NCBI GenBank assembly: GCA_050125095.1
Contig: JASFEA010000099.1
Location: 1-11,632 of the forward strand
Direction of reading: 5' to 3'
Length of the DNA stretch: 11,632 bases
Source: a bacterium
GTDB lineage: Bacteria; Arandabacterota; Arandabacteria; Arandabacterales; JALGWA01
The translations under genes and the position numbers were made by a program. Below, in pieces: positions 1 to 7,425 of the stretch (positions within the stretch are counted from its first letter, which is position 1; each line of letters starts with the position of its first letter). Under the pieces are notes generated by a model, which saw only the letters and a program-made list of their open reading frames with translations, ran no database searches and was not told the DNA's origin.

Positions 1-239
1 CACTTGGTGCTCTGATCCGCCCCTACTTCACCACCTCCTCATGGTATTCACCCGTCCCAAGCATCCTGCTCGGGTCCAGGTATCTCCACAGTCGCCGTCT
101 CCTTTCGGCGAACAAACTTAATCTCTTTACTTACCATTAGATGACATATGTGGGCGGGAGGTTACAGAATATCCCCCAATATATCAGGGCCTGAGCAGGG
201 CTTCATAAAGAACTTCGTTTTTTTGAGCCGGGAGAGTAT

Positions 240-245
240 TATAAT
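240..245 (+). promoter_or_regulatory. Putative sigma70 -10 box for the 282..1118 gene
   Basis: Perfect TATAAT at 240-245 in an AT-rich patch, 36 nt before the TTG start. No good -35 box at canonical spacing. Confidence 0.35.
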
Positions 246-281
246 CGGTTGCTGGGTAGAGACCTTTAAGCGGAGATAAAC

Positions 282-1118
282 TTGCGGCGTAATGCGGGCC
301 TCTGGCTTCTGGCGATAGTCATTACTCTGGCTTCTGCCGTATATCAGCGCATGACCGGGCCGACCTATCCCGTAAGTGGAGAAGTACAACTCCCGGGTAG
401 CAAGGTCTCCTATGAATTGCTCAGAAGTCATGGTGGCTCCGGGGATCAGCCGGTGACCGTGACCGTGCCGGACACGACGGTAAGCGGAAGTCTTGTCTGG
501 CGGCGCTATAAGACCGATGACCCCTGGACCAGGCAGCGCCTTACGCGTGTCGATGACAAACTCACCGGCGCCTTGCCTCATCAGCCGCCCGCCGGCAAGA
601 TCGAATACCATATCGAAGTGACCAGGAACGGCGAGACGCTTATGATCCCAGGCGATGAGAATGTTGTAACACGCTTCAAGGGCGATGTCCCGCGGGTGGT
701 GCTGTTCCCTCATGTGCTGCTGATGTTTCTCGGCATGCTCATATCCAACAGAGCGGGCCTGGAGTCGCTGACCCGCGGCAGCCACATGGCTCTCTATACC
801 TTCCTGGCAGCTGCCCTTATATTCGCTGGAGGTATGATATACGGCCCCATCGTTCAGAAGTATGCTTTCGGTACATACTGGACGGGTTTTCCGGTCGGCA
901 TGGACCTTACAGACAACAAGACTTTGATCTCGATGATCATGTGGGTGATTGCACTTGTCGCCATCTGGAAAAATAGCAGGCCCCGCTGGTGGGTCTTTGC
1001 CGCGTCGATCTCAACCTTAGTCATATTCATGATTCCTCACAGTCTCCACGGCTCAGAGCTCAAGTATGCCGATAGCCCGCCACCCGCTACCACGCACTCG
1101 ACGATTAGCCGCCGGTAG
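282..1118 (+). CDS. Uncharacterised membrane protein (N-terminal anchor, beta-rich extracytoplasmic domain, about 4 C-terminal TM helices)
   Basis: 278-aa ORF with TTG start after GGAGA. Hydrophobic N-terminus (GLWLLAIVITLASAVY), a soluble beta-strand-like region, then four hydrophobic segments (VVLFPHVLLMFLGML, LYTFLAAALIFAGGMIY, LISMIMWVIALVAIW, WWVFAASISTLVIFMIP). Confidence 0.85.
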   Translation: MRRNAGLWLLAIVITLASAVYQRMTGPTYPVSGEVQLPGSKVSYELLRSHGGSGDQPVTVTVPDTTVSGSLVWRRYKTDDPWTRQRLTRVDDKLTGALPHQPPAGKIEYHIEVTRNGETLMIPGDENVVTRFKGDVPRVVLFPHVLLMFLGMLISNRAGLESLTRGSHMALYTFLAAALIFAGGMIYGPIVQKYAFGTYWTGFPVGMDLTDNKTLISMIMWVIALVAIWKNSRPRWWVFAASISTLVIFMIPHSLHGSELKYADSPPPATTHSTISRR

Positions 1119-1190
1119 GTTATGGCAATAAGAGACTGTGGCCGGTGAGGCGGGCAGAGGTCCGGGAGAACTTCCCGGGCTCAGATCAGT

Positions 1191-1244
1191 GCCCCGACCC
1201 CGGGGGAACAAGTCTCTCCGGGACCGGGGCATCCGTTTCTTTGT
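1191..1244 (+). terminator. Putative intrinsic terminator between convergent genes
   Basis: GCCCCG (1191-1196) pairs with CGGGGC (1225-1230) around an inner imperfect stem, followed by TTTCTTTGT. It lies between the convergent stops at 1118 and 1275. Confidence 0.4.
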
Positions 1245-1274
1245 AACTCTTTATAACAGAAATCCTGGTATCCG

Positions 1275-1583
1275 CTACCTCAGCAGGAACATCTTTCTCG
1301 ACTCCGAGAACGCGGGCGCCGTCATCCGGTAGAAGTAGATGCCGCTTGCCATGGGCTGACCCTGGTCATTCCTGCCGTCCCACCTCACTGTTCTTGCGCC
1401 GGCCGGCTGGTAGCCGTCGACCAGCGTCTTTACGAGCCGGCCCGTAGCGTCATAGACACTCAGCCTCACTTCCCCGCCCCCATCCGGCATCTGGAAGGAT
1501 ATAGCGGTGGAAGGGCCAAAGGGATTCGGGACATTCTGCCGCAGTTCAAACTCAGGCCGGAACGGAGAATCTTCCGCTCCGGT
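1275..1583 (-). pseudogene. Detached FlgD-Ig/T9SS-like C-terminal sorting domain (3' part of the broken SnoaL-like gene)
   Basis: The frame extends upstream of the ORF-track ATG at 1490 and reads TGAEDSPFRPEFELRQNVPNPFGPSTAISFQMPDGGGEVRLSVYDATGRLVKTLVDG...WDGRNDQGQPMASGIYFYRM...RKMFLLR*. This has the typical QNxPNPF, YDxxGRxV, WDG and SGxYFY motifs. It has no start or signal peptide of its own. Confidence 0.8.
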
Positions 1584-1933
1584 CAGGCGACCCTGGGGGT
1601 CAGCATCGCCCAGGTCGCCGCATATATGCCGTCTATGCAGATTTCGTCCTCCACCACAGTGATCAGATCCGGACTGCTCCCAAACAATCTCGCGAAAAAC
1701 TGCGCCATCATATCGATTCCACTTATGGTGACGATCGGATCATTGTATTCAATGTCATCGGCGTAATATTGCAGTAACGTCGGCCAGTTTCCGGACTGAA
1801 TTTCGATCAGCGCGCGCCCAATCGCCTTTCGTTCCCGATTCAGGCGGCTCATATCGCTTTCGGCACTGGCCATCATGGTCACCAGCATAACAACCCCGGC
1901 GAATACCAAGAACGTTGCGACGGACCTTCTCAT
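1583..1933 (-). CDS. Secreted SnoaL-like/NTF2-family protein, C-terminally truncated (5' part of a probable pseudogene)
   Basis: AGGAGG RBS (1940-1945) lies 6 nt before ATG 1933. Signal-peptide-like N-terminus. SnoaL-type motif YYADDIEYNDP...SGIDMMAQFFARLF...ATWAM. The ORF ends before the last NTF2 strands. Confidence 0.75.
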   Translation of the reverse strand: MRRSVATFLVFAGVVMLVTMMASAESDMSRLNRERKAIGRALIEIQSGNWPTLLQYYADDIEYNDPIVTISGIDMMAQFFARLFGSSPDLITVVEDEICIDGIYAATWAMLTPRVA

Positions 1934-2068
1934 TCTCAACCTCCTATCTCATATTCGTTGACCCTTGATGCAGCAAATTCCCTTTCAGATACCATTAATT
2001 CCGGCGCGACAGGAGAACTTCTTGGAGGATTTCCTACAGGCCTTTGATGCTCATCATGCAGCCCCGGT

Positions 2069-2112
2069 TGCAGCCTAATTCAACGCGCTCTGCAGTCCCC
2101 TCATATCTGACG
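2069..2112 (+). repeat. 44-bp imperfect direct repeat, copy 1 (TGCAGCCTAATTCAAC-N20-ATCTGACG)
   Basis: The 16-bp and 8-bp blocks are identical to those at 4161-4204 and have the same 20-nt spacing. Confidence 0.85.
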
Positions 2113-2236
2113 ACTCACAGCCTTCTCAACAGTCCTGGAATCCGGCCCCGACTGCCCAGCTGGCTCCGCGATCCAGCACTTCTGTTCAGAAGAGCTGCAG
2201 AAACCGCCATTCGGCCGCCAGTCACAGGCAGTCCCC

Positions 2237-2275
2237 CCATAGGTGGAGCCCATCATCGAATGCCAATCCAGCGGG
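2237..2275 (-). pseudogene. Possible eroded beta-propeller gene fragment
   Basis: The minus strand reads PAGLAFDDGLHLW between stop codons, resembling the PxGLAFDGxxLW blade motif of NHL/YncE-like propellers. The match is short. Confidence 0.25.
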
Positions 2276-2649
2276 GTCAGGAGAGAGTCAACATCGCCGG
2301 TGTTCCGACCTGCCTGACCTTCGACGTTCTCTGTATCGTAGGTGCTCACCAGCGCCCCTATACCAGTCGCGTAAGCCTGTGGTCTCCGGTGTCTTCATCT
2401 GCAGACTGGAATCTCGGGGTTTCACCATCACGAGAAAGATGGTGTAGGCACGACAGTGATCTGCGGCATCGCCCCGGCGAACGAGAAAGGGTTATCGGTC
2501 ATCTAACCGGTAAGTGCGGCCAATCTAATTGGGACTTCATCGCACTCATGTGCCCCTGCGGTTAGAGGCAAGAGCGATGGCTCCCCGTACTGGTGTCCGA
2601 GAGCGCGGATCTGTGTGATATGGCAACTCTCTTGGCATGCGGTTCCCGG

Positions 2650-2678
2650 TTGCGCTGGCAGCACACCCTTGGTATCAT
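2650..2678 (+). promoter_or_regulatory. Putative sigma70 promoter with extended -10, probably giving a leaderless mRNA
   Basis: TTGCGC (2650-2655), 17-nt spacer, TATCAT (2673-2678) preceded by TGn. ATG 2685 follows after 6 nt with no Shine-Dalgarno sequence. Confidence 0.6.
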
Positions 2679-2684
2679 CAGGGC

Positions 2685-3929
2685 ATGAGTACACCCAGGG
2701 CTAGGATGTGGCGGGGCAAGCCGAGAACGCGTTTCCACGCCATGGCCAAGCCCATAGGGCCCACCTGCAATCTCGACTGTACCTACTGCTATTACCTCAG
2801 CAAGGAAGGCCTCCTCAGCACGGAGGATAACTGGCGCATGTCGGACGAGCTGCTCGAGGAGTATATCCGCCAGTACATAGAGGGGCAGAACTTCGAGGAG
2901 ATCGTTTTCTCATGGCAGGGAGGGGAGCCCATGCTCTTAGGGCTCGATTTCTTCAAGAGAGTCGTAGAGCTTGAGGAGAAATACCGCCCACCGCACAAGC
3001 GGGTGGAGAACGACCTTCAGACGAACGGGACCCTGCTTGATGACGAGTGGTGTGAATTCCTGGCCGCCAACAACTTTCTCGTAGGCCTCAGCATAGACGG
3101 ACCGAAGGAACTCCATGATCACTACCGCAAAGACAAGCGGGGCCGTGGCTCATTTGACCGGGTGTTCCGCGGTGCGCGGCTTCTCACGAAGCACGGGGCC
3201 GCATTTGCCACACTCTCATGCGTAAACCGCCTGACCGCCCGACATCCGCTTGAGGTCTACCGTTTTTTGAGGGACGAGGTAGGCGCCCGGCGCATGCAGT
3301 TCATCCCGATCGTCGAGCCCAAGGTGTTCCGGAGCACAGCGCCGCAGAGCTGGTCCCCCACGATGATGCCTGTAATGGGGACACCCGACGCCCGCCCGGG
3401 TACGCCTGACTCCGTCGTTGAGGAGTGGTGCTGCGATCCCGACGACTTCGGCGAGTTTCTGTGTAAGATCTTCGACGAGTGGTACGAGAAGGACCTGGGC
3501 AGAATCTATGTGCACTACTTCGATGCCACAGTTGAGGTCTATATGGGCCGCATCTCGCCGCTCTGCACGCTGGGGCCGATGTGCGGCAAAGGCCTGGCGA
3601 TAGAGCATGATGGGTCGGTGTACGCGTGTGACCATTACGTCTATCCGGAATACTGCCGGGGCAACATAAGGGAAACACCGATAGAGAAACTCGTCTTCAC
3701 CGAAGCGCAGGAAATGTTCGGGACCAATAAAGAGAGAATGCTTCCGCGGCAGTGCCGCGAGTGCGATTACCTCTACGCCTGCTTCGGAGAATGCCCCAAG
3801 AACCGTTTCATCAAGACTATCGATGGCGAACCCGGCCTCAATTACCTCTGCAGCGGCTGGAAGCGCTTCTTCTCCTACGCAGGCCCGAGAATCGCCGCGA
3901 TCGCAGAGCGAATTCAGGCGAGAGGTTAA
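2685..3929 (+). CDS. aslB: Anaerobic sulfatase-maturating enzyme (radical SAM/SPASM, anSME; AslB/ChuR-like)
   Basis: AKPIGPTCNLDCTYCYY (CxxxCxxC), WQGGEP, LQTNGTLL, GLSIDGP, QFIPIVE and SPASM cysteines (CTLGPMCG, YACDHYV, CRECDYLYACFGECPKNR, NYLC). The ORF track starts at 2637; 2685 is preferred because of the promoter position. Confidence 0.93.
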   Translation: MSTPRARMWRGKPRTRFHAMAKPIGPTCNLDCTYCYYLSKEGLLSTEDNWRMSDELLEEYIRQYIEGQNFEEIVFSWQGGEPMLLGLDFFKRVVELEEKYRPPHKRVENDLQTNGTLLDDEWCEFLAANNFLVGLSIDGPKELHDHYRKDKRGRGSFDRVFRGARLLTKHGAAFATLSCVNRLTARHPLEVYRFLRDEVGARRMQFIPIVEPKVFRSTAPQSWSPTMMPVMGTPDARPGTPDSVVEEWCCDPDDFGEFLCKIFDEWYEKDLGRIYVHYFDATVEVYMGRISPLCTLGPMCGKGLAIEHDGSVYACDHYVYPEYCRGNIRETPIEKLVFTEAQEMFGTNKERMLPRQCRECDYLYACFGECPKNRFIKTIDGEPGLNYLCSGWKRFFSYAGPRIAAIAERIQARG

Positions 3930-4160
3930 GTGGCCCCGGCGAGGATATGGCCCGCAGGGAACGGCGAAAACGCGAAGCGAACAGGCGATACCGAGAAAGG
4001 GCTTTGCGTTCAACCAGGATAGTGGTAGTTTCACAGTATCCTCAACACAATGGCCTCTGGCCCAGTTCACTGGGGACTGAGTTCAGGTTCATTCAACCAA
4101 GGAAGGGGGAACCCTATGGAGCATGACTGCCTCCTTTCGCCCCAGATCAGGCCAACAGAG

Positions 4161-4204
4161 TGCAGCCTAATTCAACACCTCTCCGTGTCCAAATTCATCT
4201 GACG
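4161..4204 (+). repeat. 44-bp imperfect direct repeat, copy 2
   Basis: TGCAGCCTAATTCAAC-acctctccgtgtccaaattc-ATCTGACG; by hand count 29 of 44 positions match copy 1 without gaps. Confidence 0.85.
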
Positions 4205-4733
4205 TCGAGCATTCGTCGACGGTGAGGTAAGAGGCGTCGCACCCCTGCAACACGTGCCCGAGCTCGACCGCTACCTGACTTTCCTGATGATTTACAGCAA
4301 TGAGGTCGAAGGCGAGTCGGTCACATTCCAGGCCTATGACGGGGCCGGGGACAGGCAGGTGGGGCTCAATGAGACGGTGGCATTTGCAGCTGATGGGACT
4401 GTGGGTCTGCTGGCCTCGCCCCAGGTCTTCACCGGAGACCTCGGGGATACCACCGGCCTGCCGGCGGCCTTCAGTCTCGGTCAGAACTCGCCCAATCCCC
4501 TCACCTCGGTTAGCGAGGGACTCATTGGCTACGGTCTGCCGAGGTCTGCACATGTTGTCCTCAAGGTCTATGATGGCCGCGGCAGAGAGGTGACGACGCT
4601 GGTTGACGGGGAGCAGCCGGCCGGCTGGCATTGTGTCAAGCTCGATCCGGCTGACCTCGGTGTCGGCATCTATTTCTACCGCATAAACGCAGGGGGACTC
4701 CTAAGCCAGAGAAAGATGACCGTGCTGAGGTAA
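4203..4733 (+). pseudogene. 5'-truncated C-terminal part of a large secreted protein with a T9SS-like sorting domain
   Basis: Open from just after TGA 4200-4202: (RR)AFVDGEVRGVAPLQHVPELDRYLTFLMIYSN...VTFQAYD, a linker domain seen before such sorting domains, then FSLGQNSPNP...LKVYDGRGREVTTLVDG...GIYFYR...RKMTVLR*. There is no signal peptide, and the ORF-track GTG at 4254 falls inside the domain. Confidence 0.8.
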
Positions 4734-4750
4734 TATGACCCTGTCTTTCA

Positions 4751-4778
4751 CCGGGCCTGGCTGCTCCAGCAGGCCCGG
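4751..4778 (+). terminator. GC-rich hairpin after the 4733 stop
   Basis: CCGGGCCTG-G-CTG ctc CAG-CAGGCCCGG forms a 12-bp stem with one bulge. No U-tract follows. Confidence 0.35.
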
Positions 4779-4924
4779 GCCCGTGGTCAAAGATCCACAG
4801 ATTATGAGTTATTTGAAACTTCAGCGCCCCCTGACACGTGGTAATGATGGTGGTTTAGCCCGGCGGGCTATGCTAGTGTGCTGTCATATTCGGTATATAT
4901 TCCCCTAAAGAAAGGACAGGTGAA

Positions 4925-6697
4925 ATGCTGAAGGTATCACTCTGCTCGGTCATCTCTGTAGCTTTGCTGTTATCTGTCTCAAGCATGGTCGCGCAGGAAC
5001 TCAGCCCACCCGAGGAGAACTTCGAGTACCTGTGGAAGACTCTGGATCGTAACTATGCGGTCTTTGGGCCGAAACACGTGGATTGGGACGCGCTTTACAG
5101 CGTTTACAGGCCGCGGGTCGCGCCCGCGACAGGCGACGACGATCTCTTCGAGATCATGTCAGACATGCTGGGCCACCTGAACGATAATCATGTCTTCTTA
5201 AGTTCCGATGACCCGGGTCGCTTCTTCTGTGCCGGTTACCTCTCTCAGGTCTTCTCCGGGCGGGGACTTGAGGTGCTTGATGAACTGAAATCCCGGAGAC
5301 CCGCTCCAGATTCTTACTTCGAAACCGGCCTCAAGGAGGGCGAACTGGGAGTATTCGGGTACGGCTGGCTCAGTCCCGAGATAGGCTATATCCACATAAA
5401 CCAATTCACGAGTCTGAGACGCAGTGCCGCGATTATGGACGGCATCATTGCGGAACTCGAAGATGCGAAAGCGATTATTGTCGATGTCCGCAGGAATGTG
5501 GGCGGGGACGACAGAGTGGGCAAGGCACTGGCTGATAGATTCGCCGACAGGAAAAGGCTGTACATGACGACGCAGGTCCGGAACGGGGACGCGCACGACG
5601 ACTTCACTCCCAGGAAGTACTGGCATGTTGAACCGGGTGGCCCGGCTCAGTTCACGGGGCCGGTCATTCTCCTGACCGACCGGACCACCATCAGCGCGGG
5701 GGAGAACTTCGCGCTCGCCATGAGGGTGCTCCCGAACGTGACCGTGGTTGGCGATTTCACATCGGGCTGCTTTGCGGACATGTACATGGACCGGCTTCCG
5801 AACGGATGGCACCTGTCGGTATCCTATAAGCTCTTCCTGGACTACACCGGATTCTGCTGGGAGGGAATCGGAGTACCGCCGGACTTGAGAGTGACAGGAA
5901 GTGAGATGGATTTCAATGAGGGGAAAGACAGGGTTCTGGATCTTGCCATTGCCCTGGCGGAGTCCGGCCGACTTTCACTCCAGGACGAAAGCAAGAGCGC
6001 CCAAGCCGCCCGCCCCTCACTTGTTGCGGAGTTGGAGAAGGAGGCCGGTGAACGCGGAATGCAGGCCGCCCTCGACCTCCTCCGCCGCCTGGAGAACACG
6101 GGGTTCGAAGGCTATGCTGTCGATTTCGATGAAATGGCGGCGCTCGGCGGCGAGCTACTGGGATCCGGGAACACGGACGAGAGCATAGCGATCTTCGCCG
6201 TAATGGCACGGGAGTTTCCCAGGACGCCATCGGCCTTCACCTCGCTGGGCAAGGCATATTGGAGAAGCGGACAGGCGGATCTCGCCATAGCGGCCTTCGA
6301 GGAAGCCATTGCCGTCAACCGGAGAAGTTACCCCTGGGAAGTTGCTGAGTATCGGAGCACGCTTCTCATGAAAGCGCTGTATGCCGAAGGCTACGATGCC
6401 ATGGAGAGAGTTTACATTGATATGAGAGCTGAGGATCCGGATGCTTACAACGAGGGCGTATTGAATGCGCTTGGCTATGAATTGCTATTCGCCGGCAGAA
6501 CGGGGGACGCGATAGACGTTTTCACGTTGAACGTCGAGACCTATCCCGAATATGCCAATGGCTACGACAGCCTTGGTGAAGCCTACATGAAGAACGGAGA
6601 CAACGAGAGGGCAATAGAGAACTACAAGAAGTCGCTTGATCTGAATCCCGGCAACACCAATGCGCGGGATATGCTGGAAGAACTGGAGGCAGATTAG
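4925..6697 (+). CDS. Secreted S41-family peptidase (tricorn C1-like domain plus catalytic domain) with C-terminal TPR repeats
   Basis: AAAGGA RBS and a signal peptide. Motifs ENFEYLWKTLDRNY, LGHLNDNHV, IGYIHI, IIVDVRRNVGG, TISAGENFA (catalytic Ser) and EGIGVPPD. TPR-like C-terminus (AFTSLGKAY, LNALGY, NGYDSLGEAY...AIENYKKSLDLNPGN). Confidence 0.92.
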   Translation: MLKVSLCSVISVALLLSVSSMVAQELSPPEENFEYLWKTLDRNYAVFGPKHVDWDALYSVYRPRVAPATGDDDLFEIMSDMLGHLNDNHVFLSSDDPGRFFCAGYLSQVFSGRGLEVLDELKSRRPAPDSYFETGLKEGELGVFGYGWLSPEIGYIHINQFTSLRRSAAIMDGIIAELEDAKAIIVDVRRNVGGDDRVGKALADRFADRKRLYMTTQVRNGDAHDDFTPRKYWHVEPGGPAQFTGPVILLTDRTTISAGENFALAMRVLPNVTVVGDFTSGCFADMYMDRLPNGWHLSVSYKLFLDYTGFCWEGIGVPPDLRVTGSEMDFNEGKDRVLDLAIALAESGRLSLQDESKSAQAARPSLVAELEKEAGERGMQAALDLLRRLENTGFEGYAVDFDEMAALGGELLGSGNTDESIAIFAVMAREFPRTPSAFTSLGKAYWRSGQADLAIAAFEEAIAVNRRSYPWEVAEYRSTLLMKALYAEGYDAMERVYIDMRAEDPDAYNEGVLNALGYELLFAGRTGDAIDVFTLNVETYPEYANGYDSLGEAYMKNGDNERAIENYKKSLDLNPGNTNARDMLEELEAD

Positions 6698-6754
6698 CGA
6701 CCGCCCCTGCCTGTTTTGGCCCTGTCCGGGGGGAATTGAAGAAGGAGCCTTAAT

Positions 6755-7220
6755 CAAAGGAATTTCCCTTTCCTTACCCGATTCGAGGCTGGGGTTTTCC
6801 TGGGATATCGAGCCGTCGGGAGCCATTGGCGGCAGGGGAATTACTGCAAGATCAGGCTGTTGGGTCAGAGATACGGACTTTTGGGGGCCGCCGGGGATGT
6901 GGCGGGTTACCTGAAGGCCGCATGAGGGGAGAGTGCTCCCGGTGACGGGCTCTATGGGCCGTGGGTAAGCGATCGGAGTCGGGATAGTTCCTGCCGCCTG
7001 GCGGGTGGCGGCGGCCCCTTAAAGGTGACGATGATTCCCGGGTGGTGGATTATGCTGTCGATAGCGGTGCAGTCAATGATGAATGCAATGGACTTTGTCC
7101 CTTATCGGGGATATGTGCGGTGACGCGTGCGATGAAGTCCAGGTAGTCCATCTCCACCTTACCGGCGCCGGCCCTGGCGGAGCGGGATACGACTTTGTCC
7201 TAGTCCTCGAGACATTGAAA
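6755..7220 (-). mobile_element. Degenerate, internally deleted IS91-family (Y2 rolling-circle) transposase remnant with a possible oriIS-like end
   Basis: The minus strand reads LED*DKVVSR...MDYLDFIARVTAHIPDKGQ (7151-7095), then in a shifted frame KSIAFIIDCTAIDSIIHHPGIIVTFKGPPPPARRQEL (7095 to stop at 6952). These match remembered IS91-like C-terminal motifs (MDYLEFIARVTSHIPDKGQ and KVIAFITD...IIxHL...RPPPP). GGAAAGGGAAATTCCTTTG at 6773-6755 resembles the AAATTCCTAT oriIS core. Confidence 0.75.
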
Positions 7221-7425
7221 GCTATCACGTCCTAAGACGGCAGTCAAGACGACCAGCGCCTGAGGTCCGCCTTCGCCGCCACCGGGTGCGAAGGTCCACT
7301 CCACCCCAGCATGAAGCCAGATCCGAATGACTGCGTCCCATTTTGTGATTGACCTGCTTGTTGATTGAGGCCTAATCTCCTTTGATGAGCCCGTATGAAC
7401 CAGCCGCTTCGAGGTGTTTGCCTGG

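Noticed and set aside
1..160. Minus-strand GAGGAGGTG, a small hairpin and short ORFs at the left edge
   Set aside because: The RBS-like sequence is followed by an immediate stop, no riboswitch consensus was recognised, and the context is cut off by the window edge.
2501..2567. attC-like palindrome ATCTAAC...GTTAGAG with inner AGTGCG/CGCACT pairing
   Set aside because: The inner boxes are asymmetric (about 5 nt versus 14 nt from the ends), the right core is not GTTRRRY, there is no second similar site and there is no integrase.
2620..2652. Possible sigma54 promoter (TGGCA motifs) before anSME
   Set aside because: Neither TGGCA has GC at the required GG-N10-GC spacing.
3947..4126. Arg-rich 59-aa ORF after anSME as a possible peptide substrate
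   Set aside because: GAGGA is only 1 nt from the ATG, the peptide has no (C/S)xPxR motif or recognisable precursor features, and the enzyme looks like a standard anSME.
4116..4221. Short ORF (MEHDCLLSP...KFI) with a purine-rich RBS, in frame with the 4203 fragment across one TGA followed by a 6-bp hairpin, suggesting selenocysteine or readthrough
   Set aside because: The hairpin does not resemble a bacterial SECIS, the peptide has no signal sequence and runs through the repeat, and frame agreement has a one-in-three chance.
7091..7201. GACTTTGTCC repeated 100 bp apart
   Set aside because: Both copies fall inside the transposase remnant. Two 10-mers do not form an array or a CRISPR.
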